Position numbers and translations under genes: made by a program
The notes under the pieces: generated by a model
Database searches by the model: none
What the model was told of the DNA's origin: nothing
What the model saw: only the letters and a program-made list of their open reading frames with translations
Shown here: in pieces, positions 1 through 44,383 of the stretch
Position numbering within the stretch: the first letter of the stretch is position 1
How the letters are laid out: each line of letters opens with the position of its first letter
NCBI RefSeq assembly: GCF_004010195.1
Contig: NC_057719.1
Span: 19,663,562-19,707,944, forward strand
Length of the DNA: 44,383 bases
Direction of reading: 5' to 3'
DNA from: Chiloscyllium plagiosum
Taxonomy: Eukaryota

Positions 1-852
1 ATTCAGCACACACCCTGGTCACTTGGCATGGATCTCTTCACTTACCAGCAAGCTAAGATTCATTTGTAGGTTGGTTATTTGTTGATGGGTCAAGTATGAC
101 AGGCCAAGTATGACAGGCCTCATGAGTTTTGTTTTCCACAGCTGTTCCACCATATTAATGGTAAATTGATTAGCTCATTGGTTTAGTTTATAAGTTGTGC
201 TTTACTGTTCAATAAAACCAACACTGCAGCAACTGCTTCATGCAAGTCCATAGCAGACAAACTGGTAGGGAGATGCAAAACACAGGCAGCCACCACCCTA
301 TAATCCTCTGGGACTATGGTGACTTTTGCTTACCTTTGTACAGGCAGCACATTAAGTCCTTAAAAAGGTGGACACAAACAAAAAAGGTATACGCACACAC
401 ATCTACTAGAAATCAGTTAAATGCTTAATTAAAAGACAAGGTACCAGAATAGTGTAGCAAAAAAGGGGAAGTTGTGTAGAGAATCAAAATGGCAAAGATA
501 GATGATCAAAGTCACACTTAAAACGGATTAAGCAGCAAAATTCACAACTGACTTTTGGCATCTCCAAACATAGCAGAGCACATTGTGTCCATGAATAAAC
601 TCAAAGTAATATATTGTAAGTAAATCATTGCAAACACTCTTTTGAGATAGAATCACATTGGTCAGTGGGAAGGGAGGTGGTAAAAAGGCATATGTATCTT
701 CATCACAATTTATTGTTCAGATTACAGATTTGGATCCCTCAGACATGATCACTGAATCTACACATTTATCAATAGCTGTTTTGAATATAAACAAAATAAA
801 ATTTCTGGCATATAACTGTAACCTAAATTCATATTCATAAAATTCATATGCC

Positions 853-965
853 AAATGCTGAATTAAAGGAAACAAAAACAAATTGAAGAACCTCAGTAGA
901 TTTGGAGGATCTATGGCGAGAAAGCAGTCAATGTTTCTGACCAGTGACCCTTCTTCAGAACTGCT
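853..965. mobile_element. Penelope-terminus-derived short repeat (family A) with a degenerate hammerhead core on the minus strand
   Basis: Similar to 5845-5960, 2840-3040 and 32532-32720; minus strand reads CTGAAGAAgggtcactggtcaGAAACatt. Confidence 0.55.
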
Positions 966-1149
966 TTCTTGCTCAATTAGAAGGTCTTGATATTAATTGA
1001 ACCTTCATATAGATTGTAACCTCACATTACAAATATGCTTATTTAAACCTCAGAAATTCCGTTAACATTTTCTTCACAACACTGTTCTTGTATGGAATAA
1101 AGGGGGACTTGAAAGCTAAACGTCTGTAATTTTGCTGTAATAATTAGAT

Positions 1150-1495
1150 TAATGCCCACAACCGTTCTCATTGCCACTTGCTGAAAGTGGGAAAATAAAG
1201 TGTGGTGCAGCATAAAAGCACCTTCCAAGCTTGTGACCTCTACTGCCTGGGGCAATGCTTGGGAAATATGGGAACACCATGTGCAAGTTCCCCCTTGCAG
1301 CACCCCTCTTCCCCCCCCCCCCCCCCACACAGCTGGACACCATTCCTTCACTGTTGTTCAATCAATATTCTGGAAATCCCTCCCAATTAGCATTATTGAT
1401 GTACCTATACCAGGAACTTCAGTATTTCAACAGGCACCTTCTCAAAGGCAAGTAAGGATGGACAATAAATGCTGGCTCATCAAGCAACTCCTACA
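1150..1495 (+). mobile_element. Degenerate L2/CR1-clade LINE 3' end
   Basis: Shares gggaacacc...cattccttcactg...ggatggacaataaatgctgg with the tail at 31000-31270. Confidence 0.65.
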
Positions 1496-2257
1496 TTGAG
1501 CAATTGATTAGAGATTACAGTCTGAAATTTAAATATTTAAGTACTCACAATAAATTCCATACCTCTATTATGGATTCTAAACAACAGCTTAGTTACAAAA
1601 TTATATGCATTACGTGAAACAAATTTATAAAATTTTCTTTTTTGAATGTGTACCTGAAATGATCATTCGTGTCAATCATAAACAAAGTGAAATGATGCTG
1701 ACACAGCACAGCCTTGTAAAATAGACTGTTGTTTACACACCAATTCATTTCACATGAACTAGTGATCCACTTACTAAATAAATTCTATTTATTCTAAGTT
1801 CCAAAAGGAAATTTGAGTTACAAAGCAACCATGGGTATGGAAATAGAAATCATTATCGTGACTGAAGTTCCAAGATTCAAGCTCGATATATTGCTGAGCA
1901 AAGATTGAGGATGCTAAAATGACAGAAATTCAGAAATAATGTACACAGCCATACCAGTAGTATTTTTGTTGAATTATGTCTTATTTCTCATTTTTTCAAG
2001 TTTATTTGGTAGCTTCAGTTTTGAAGTTCACAGACAAAGATCTGGTATAGCTTACTATTGCTGGACTACAGAAAGGCTAAGATTCATTAACCAAGATGCC
2101 TCTTCTCATTTTAATCGAGTGAAAAATGATTGATTCTTCAGATTATCTACATTGTAGTATGCATACTCATTATATTTCATTAATAAACAGCCATAAACAT
2201 TTAAGTATATCCCGAGCATTAAAATGAATATAGAAAGATTCTACAGCAGTTGGACAG

Positions 2258-2398
2258 TTTATTAAAATGAAGCACAAATATACAGTTTGCTGGCTAATTG
2301 GGCTGGATTTTCCAATTCACAAAAGGTTACCATTACATTAAAAAAGTCTGTACACCTTATTAACATTTTTTAACAATTTTACACAGCTTTCCTTTATT
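2258..2398 (-). promoter_or_regulatory. Candidate tandem polyadenylation signals (AATAAA at 2398-2393 and 2263-2258)
   Basis: Minus strand reads TGTAAATGTACTATATTGTAAATGAAATAAA and TGTATATTTGTGCTTCATTTTAATAAA, i.e. UGUA motifs upstream of AAUAAA. Confidence 0.5.
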
Positions 2399-2839
2399 TC
2401 ATTTACAATATAGTACATTTACAACAGTTAAGACTCCCACCACCGGTTATAATGGGGATTTGCATTTTCAAAATTTAGCTAAAGTTGCAAAACAAAATTG
2501 CAGCTATTAAGAGCTACTGCACTCCCCAAACAAAATAAAAGGTGGGAGGAGGGGGACAAATCATTCTTTATTAGGTCTATCAGTGTTGTGTTCTTTTTTA
2601 CATCAACTGGACAATGTTATAGTAGGCTGCCTAAACTCCTCAACCCTCTCCTACTGCTTCCAACCCCCCCACCCCACACATCTGTGTCTTAACAGATCTC
2701 TTCATAGCAAAAGGCATGAGTCCAGTTGTAAATCTGTATTGCCATTACTAATCAATCACTCAAATCCATAATTAAACACCAGTGCTGGCCCTTTAGGTAG
2801 ACAGGCTTCAAGAAAGTCTATTGCAAACAGAAGTGTAAT

Positions 2840-3040
2840 ACAATAATGCTGGAAATACCTAGTAGGTCAAGCAACATCTGTGGACAGAAAATAACAGCAT
2901 CAATACTTCAGTTTGAGATGAAGTCAACCAGAAGCATTCAACTCTGATCCCCTCCAAATATGCTGCCGGACCTGATGAGTATTTTGAGCATTTGTTGTTT
3001 TTATTTCAGATTTCCAGCTGCTGCAGTATTTCGCTTTTGC
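2840..3040. mobile_element. Degenerate fold-back element (family A) inside the probable 3'UTR
   Basis: aatgctggaaatac...aggtcaagcaacatctgtgga pairs imperfectly with tccaaatatgctgccggacctgatgagtattttgagcatt. Confidence 0.6.
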
Positions 3041-4032
3041 ATTAATGTGATTAATTTTGTCCAAGGCCAAAGGCCAAACTGACTGCAGGCTTTTTCAATT
3101 CTGCACATTTAATTTTTTTTTTAATATAAACAAGTTGTTCCCACAATGTCAGATTGCAATGAAATAGTTCACTCAAAAATCCATGCTAGTTTCAGGCTGT
3201 TTGGATCGTCACTTTGCAAAAAATAAATTCAAACTCAGATGTAAAATTGACAACTCAATAGAAAAAAAAAGATTCTCATTAATGGAAACTGAAGCTTCTA
3301 TAGAAAACCCGGTTTTAAATTAATTTTCTTTCTAATTAGGTAAATGCACCCAGATCTGATCTCAAATATATTTTAATGCATTATTGCATTTATCAATTCT
3401 CCTCAATCAAATTAAGTCAGCCAAATTAAAAAACCCTTCCTGCAAACATACCAGTAAAGCTCCATGAGGACATATGGTTGTTGAGAGCAGTGGTATTCAA
3501 ATGAATGATTTTTTGGTTGACATATGCAACAAAAAGGAAAAAATAAGTACATGTTCTTCACAGAAGAGCTGAAGTACTGGTATAAGACCTATTGGCAATT
3601 AGCTGTAAAGTTTCATGTAACTGCATTAACATACTATGTAGTGGCACATTTAGAATAACTTTCACCTGGGATTCAGCAGGATTTGTTAGGTCTCATAACT
3701 TCTAATGAAAAATAAATCCGGCTTTATGCTCTAAACAAACAAATTTAATACATAAACTTCCGGAAAATGCCAAGTAAATCAGTGTTTCTTTTTTAAGTTC
3801 AAAGGACCAAAGCTTTTTAAACTTCATATAAAACTATTCCTCCGATGCTGATCAAAATAGCTTAAAAACTCGGCAAGCCTGAAAATAGGCTATTTTATTA
3901 AGAAAATGTGCACTTCATACAAGTCAATAGTCCAACCTTTTCTTGCTGCATAAACAAATTGTTTAGAGGGTATGGGGGTGGGGTTTGATGGATGTGGCAA
4001 GAAAGAAGACACCTAAGCTAGCTGCACCTTTG

Positions 4033-39811
<35,779 letters not shown>

Positions 39812-40334
39812 CTGCAAAAAAGGAAGGAAAAGCGTCATCATCAGGGTAATGATACATTTTATATAGACTGACGCAGATATAATTTTAAAAAGCAGAAACA
39901 CTAATACATAATTTAATTCATGTAATGTTCACCACATGATACATTGGTCAAAAATGCTTCAAAATAAAATTCTTTGCCAAAGCTTTCTCTATTAGTTTAA
40001 AAATGCAAGCTTTTCCGAAACATTAAAATTATGGCTTTTAATTATGGGTTGTACAATTAACTGTATTTACATTGTTATCTGCAGAACAGAAACTGTGCTA
40101 CTCATTCAATGTACATAAGCAGGAGGCTGTATATCCAGACAGTTTAATATCTAGAAAGACTTGTCACGTTAGAGAAAAACAATAAGTGTAAATGAAAGTC
40201 GCTTAACTGTTCATAAGCCTGTCTATTAATTCAGTAATTGGTTTAGACGTTATAATATATGGTTGAATAAAATAGATGTGTTACAATTTTGTAGTCAATA
40301 AAGAATGACTTTTCCATTATAATTAGAAAGAGAA

Positions 40335-41340
40335 AATTCAGCCCTTCAAGCCTGTTCCACCATTTGATACTATTATGGCTGATCTCATCTTGGCCTCAAC
40401 TCCACTTTTCTGCCTACTTTCCATGACTCTTCAACTCACTGCAAATTAAAAATCCATCACTATCTCTTTAAATTTACTCAATGTCCCAGCATCCACTACA
40501 CTCTGGGGTTATGAGTCCAACAGATTCACTACTCTCAGAAGTAAGTGTTTATTCATGTCTGTTTTAAATCTGCTGCACTTCATCTTAAAGCTATTACCTC
40601 TTGTTTCCCATGAAGAAATATCCTCTCTATGTATACTTTGTCAATCCACTTTACCATCCAGTATAGCTCAATTTGATCTCCTTTCATTCTTCGAAAATCC
40701 GGAGAGTATAAGCTTAAACTGCTCAACATCTCTCAAGACAGACTCCTCAGAGCATAAAACAGTACAGCACAGGAACAGGCCCTTCAGCCCACCATGTCTG
40801 TAACTGCCATGAAGCCATTCTAAACTCATTCTATTTTCTGCTTGCTCATGTGTTGCCTAAGTGCCTCTTAACTGTTGCTATTCCATCTTTCTACCACCTC
40901 CTTGGCAGTGAATTCCAGGCATGAAGACCCTCACAAATAAAACTAGTCTCGCACATCATTTTAAAACTTAACCCTGTGCCCCATAGTATTTGACATTTTC
41001 ATCCAACTCTGGAATCAATCTAATAAATCTTGTCTAAATTGCCTCTGATGCAACTACATCCCTTAAGGGATCAAAATTGTACGCAATACTCGAGGTGCAG
41101 TCTCACTAATGCCTTGTATAGTTGCAGAAACACTTTCCTATTTTATACTCTATTGCTTTAGCAATAAATGCCAAAATTCCATTTGCTTTTCTTATTACCT
41201 GCAGTATCTGCATGCAAGCTTTTTGCAATTATGGCATGAGGACACCCAGATCCCTTTGTACCAAAGCACTCTGACGTTTCTCTCCATTTACATAAGAAGC
41301 TGTTGTTTTTTTTAATATTCCTCTCACCAAAATGGGTAAT
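40335..41340 (-). mobile_element. Degenerate CR1 3' portion with a second CR1 tail nested at ~40750-41000
   Basis: Two tails (cagcccttcaagcctgttccacc; agtacagcacaggaacaggcccttcagccc) plus decayed C-terminal ORF2. Confidence 0.7.
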
Positions 41341-41542
41341 TATAAAAATTCAGAATCAACAATCTGCCATGTATAAAAGGGAATCCAAATAGTCAATCCT
41401 ACACTTCTGTATTTTTAGCTTTGTCTTTGAACATATAAAAATGAGCATGGGCCAAAGCCAAGAGCTTGGTTCAAGCAAATAATTACTATTCTAGAGGGCC
41501 TTCACGGAGTAGAATAGAAGATGCTTCCATTTGTTGGAGAGA

Positions 41543-41855
41543 GGGTGGCACAATGGCTCAGTGGTTAGCACTGCTGCCTCACAGCATCAGGGACCCGGGT
41601 TCGATTCCAGCTTCGGGTGTCTGTGTGGAGTTTGCACGTTCTCCCTGTGTCTGCATGGGTTTCCTCCGGGTGCTCCGGTTTCCTCCCACAGTCCAAAGCT
41701 GTGCAGGTCAGTTGGATTGGCCATACTAAATTGCCCATAATGTTAGGTGCTTTAGTCAGAAGGTCTGGGTGGGTTACTCTTCGCAGGGTCGGTGTGGACT
41801 TGTTGGGCCGAAGGGCTGTTTCCATACTGTAGGGAATCTAATCCAATCAAAAAAA
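41543..41855 (+). mobile_element. HE1/V-SINE-type SINE with intact Pol III boxes
   Basis: A box tggctcagtgg, B box ggttcgattcc; V-domain and tail as in the 37122 copy. Confidence 0.9.
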
Positions 41856-42559
41856 TCAAAACCAGAAACTTATCATTACGATGCTGCCATTCAATAACAA
41901 TAGCAAATTCAGGAGGAACTGTACCCAGAGTGCGGAAGTTGCTTTCATCAAGAATAGGAATCAAATAAAGTTGATATGTATAAGAGGAAGTTAGGATGGA
42001 AGGAATAAAAGATAAAAATAGTGAGTTTATATTAAATGGGACAGAAAAGTTTGTGATGGAAAACCACTTACATGCACTAATTCAGCAAATTGTTTGCTTT
42101 AATGCTGTACATTCTACGTACAGAATCAAAATGAATAGCATGTGACATTCTCCAACTGCACGAGGCAATCTTAATTAGTGGGGTAGCGTTTGCTGCCCCT
42201 TGATTAACTAATTTGACAAAGTAGACTAGTCACCCATCAACATATCTAAATACTGTATGAAATGACTGGGGAGAACAGCAGATCCACAAGTCTACACAAC
42301 TTAGTCTAGTCCATAAAAATTCCACAAAAACGTACTGGGCCATAATCCTCAACTGTTTCAGAACTGTTTAACAAAAATAAAAGTTCACTTTCAAGGTGGG
42401 CTGTCTGCTTAAAATGTAAATATTTACTACTGATTTTGTGATTACTAAATGCGTAACCTTCAACCAGCTTGTAAAACAAAACTGTACAGTATTTACAGTG
42501 TCCCTGCTTTGGCAAGATTAGTAGATTTCATAATCATTACTAAATAGATGCCAAGTTCC

Positions 42560-42850
42560 AATTTTTTTTTAGTATTTATTCATGGAATGGAGGCACCACT
42601 AGCCAGCTCAGCATTTAGTACCTGCCCCTAATTCCCCATAGGGCAGTTAAGTGTCAACCACATCATTACAGATCTGGAGATATGCAGATCAGACCCGGTA
42701 AGGATGGCAGTTTTTTTCCCCGAAAGACTTTAATGAACCAGATGAGATGTTTTTCCCCCTAACAATCAACGATGATTTCATAGTCATCACAAGACTTCTG
42801 ATTCCACATATGTATTGAATTCAAATTCTGCTATCTGCCATGACAGCATT
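42560..42850 (-). mobile_element. SINE fragment with an L2-like 3' tail
   Basis: The poly-T/ttattcatgg...agcattta...gcccctaatt end resembles the reverse complement of the LINE tail at 31210-31275; family not determined. Confidence 0.55.
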
Positions 42851-43240
42851 GATGCCACTGGTCTATCAGCTCCTCTTTTGTCATTAATCACTCCAGATTA
42901 CTAACTGATCAACCTCTGACCAAATTTGTACTCCATATTCTCCCAGTTCCATTATCCAGGTCCTCATTCTCCCTTACAGTACAACAACAATTCCACTTCC
43001 AGTCTGGCCAGCTTCTGCTTGTTTCCATACCATATTCATAAGGGACAGTATGATGTTTATTGGGAAAAAAAGACACAAATGTAGTCTGTCAGGGATGGAG
43101 GCAAGACTCAAAGAGGTATGATGATAGAAAGAAACGATAAAGTAGCCAGGAAGAAGATGGAGGCTTCAATCCAATGCACATTCAACTTGCAATGAAGTAC
43201 AAGCATTTCTTTAGGCAGTCATCTCTTAACTATCATCACT

Positions 43241-43406
43241 TGGAGGTTCTGGTGTTGGACTGGGGTGGACAAGGTTAAAAAACACGTCAGGTTATAGTAC
43301 CAACATGTTTATTTGGACGCACTAGCTGAAGGAGCGGTCCTCCGAAAGCTAGTGCTTCCAAATAAACCTGTTGGACTATAACTTGGTACTATGCGATTTT
43401 TTAACC
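43241..43406. mobile_element. Family C fold-back element
   Basis: Arms ggttaaaaaa...tttatttggacgcactagct / agctagtgcttccaaataaac...ttttttaacc; truncated hammerhead core in the loop. Confidence 0.8.
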
Positions 43407-43560
43407 ATCTCATCTATTTAGCCTCAACTAGCCCAATGACCAGGGGTTTGATCTGCAGGATTATCTTAAATTGAAAAGAAACATTTGCCCCAAGTTACCC
43501 CAATAACATGTTTCCTTCGCATTGGTTAGTTGTCCTCAATTATCGTAATTGAGGACAACT

Positions 43561-44383
43561 CGAGTGCGAGCAGCAGCAGAGTTTAAAGGAACCCGGAAGG
43601 CTACAGCTAAGGTGAGACAGTTTGTTTTAAAATTACTTACCGATAGCGGGCAGCGGTGTTTTTTTTTCTCTTTTCACAGAGCAGGAGCAGCAGGGGGAAG
43701 TGACGAAGACCAAGGGGCAGCCGGGTAGGTTTTCTCCCTATAAAAGCGAGCAGGAGAAGAACCCGAGGCACTACAGGGATAGTGCCTCCCACCCGCCCTC
43801 CTCCTCTAACCTAATAATAAGACCCGTTGTGGTAAGTAGGTAAGTGCTGCATTTTGCTTGTTTTATTCTTTACACCAAGTTTTTTTTTTAAAAAAAGGTT
43901 ACTTTTAGAGGGATGGCAGTGAAGGCAGTGCAATGTTCCTCTTGCAACATGTTTGAGGTGAGGGATGCCATGGACGTCCCTGCTGATTACACTTGCAGGA
44001 AGTGCACCCATCTCCAGCTCCTCCAAGACCGTGTTAGGGAACTGGAGCTGGAGTTGGATGAACTTAGGATCATTCGGGAGGCAGAGGGGATCATAGATCG
44101 GAGCTTTAGGGAAGTAGTAACTCCAAAGATGGCAGATAAATGGGTGACAGTGAGGGGGACTGGGAGGAAGCAGCCAGTGCAGGGACCCCCTGCAGACGTT
44201 CCCCTCAAGAACAAGTATACCATTTTGGATACTTGGGGGGGGTACGACTTACCAGGGGTAAGTAACGGGGCTCAGGCATCTGGCACGGAGCCTGTCCCCG
44301 TTACTCAGAAGGGAAGGGTGAAGAAGAGCAGAGCAGTAGTAATTGGGGACTCGATAGTTCGGGGCACAGATAGACGGTTTTGT
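43561..44383 (+). mobile_element. 5' end of a young CR1 LINE (5'UTR and ORF1), antisense in SEL1L intron 1, continuing beyond the window
   Basis: CpG-retaining 5'UTR with CCGGAAG, GGAAGTGACG and TATAAAA (43739-43745), followed by an uninterrupted ORF1. Confidence 0.88.
43913..44383 (+). CDS. CR1 ORF1p (zinc finger, leucine zipper, SGNH/GDSL esterase), 3'-partial, absent from the ORF track
   Basis: 157 open codons: MAVKAVQCSSCNMFEV...YTCRKCTHLQLLQDRVRELELELDELRIIRE...VPLKNKYTIL...AVVIGDSIVRGTDRRFC. Confidence 0.9.
   Translation, partial: MAVKAVQCSSCNMFEVRDAMDVPADYTCRKCTHLQLLQDRVRELELELDELRIIREAEGIIDRSFREVVTPKMADKWVTVRGTGRKQPVQGPPADVPLKNKYTILDTWGGYDLPGVSNGAQASGTEPVPVTQKGRVKKSRAVVIGDSIVRGTDRRFC

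Larger units (their letters stand above)
2240..4032 (-). other. SEL1L: Probable SEL1L 3'UTR
   Basis: AU-rich sequence downstream of the stop, ending in UGUA-rich sequence with two AATAAA signals. The end point is inferred. Confidence 0.55.

Noticed and set aside
91..118. 14-bp tandem duplication caagtatgacaggc x2
   Set aside because: Ordinary slippage duplication with no further structure.
40..165. Isolated splice-like signals (minus-strand CTG|GTAAGT at 45-40; plus-strand ttttccacag at ~140), as a possible exon of a neighbouring gene such as STON2
   Set aside because: No recognisable peptide or partner site; such motifs are common by chance.
41543..41615. tRNA-like sequence with A and B boxes
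   Set aside because: It is the head of a SINE and runs directly into the V-domain, so it is not a tRNA gene.
43635..43800. Minus-strand donor CG|GTAAGT preceded by leucine-rich frames (VLLLLAFIG, PLLLLLCE), as a possible SEL1L exon 1
   Set aside because: There is no in-frame ATG, the phase-1 frame does not encode a signal peptide, and the sequence lies in the CR1 5'UTR.

Overview
This is eukaryotic genomic DNA, most likely from a shark or ray (inferred from HE1/V-SINE-type SINEs and abundant CR1 and Penelope repeats). The window holds coding exons 2-21 of SEL1L, the HRD1/SYVN1 ERAD adaptor (FN2 domain, Sel1-like repeats, C-terminal TM), on the minus strand at 39811->4033. All 19 introns are GT-AG and in phase, and 18 of the 20 exon lengths equal the human lengths as I recall them. 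Exon 1 (signal peptide) is not in the window, and a ~1.7 kb 3'UTR is probable. The introns are filled with CR1 and L2-like LINE fragments, SINEs, a 280-bp solo LTR, Penelope GIY-YIG fragments and a 388-N gap. A young CR1 5'UTR plus ORF1 runs off the right end. The most interesting signals are in the repeats: (1) several families of Penelope-derived fold-back elements with 12-17 bp target-site duplications (TSDs) and hammerhead ribozyme cores, two of them apparently intact and sense to the SEL1L pre-mRNA; (2) one such element whose loop is a 125-bp inverted copy of nearby host DNA; (3) a CR1 5'UTR with two ~68-nt intron-like segments and a perfect hairpin at its 5' junction. I see no evidence for a wholly new protein-coding system. 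Repeat boundaries are approximate unless a TSD is given.
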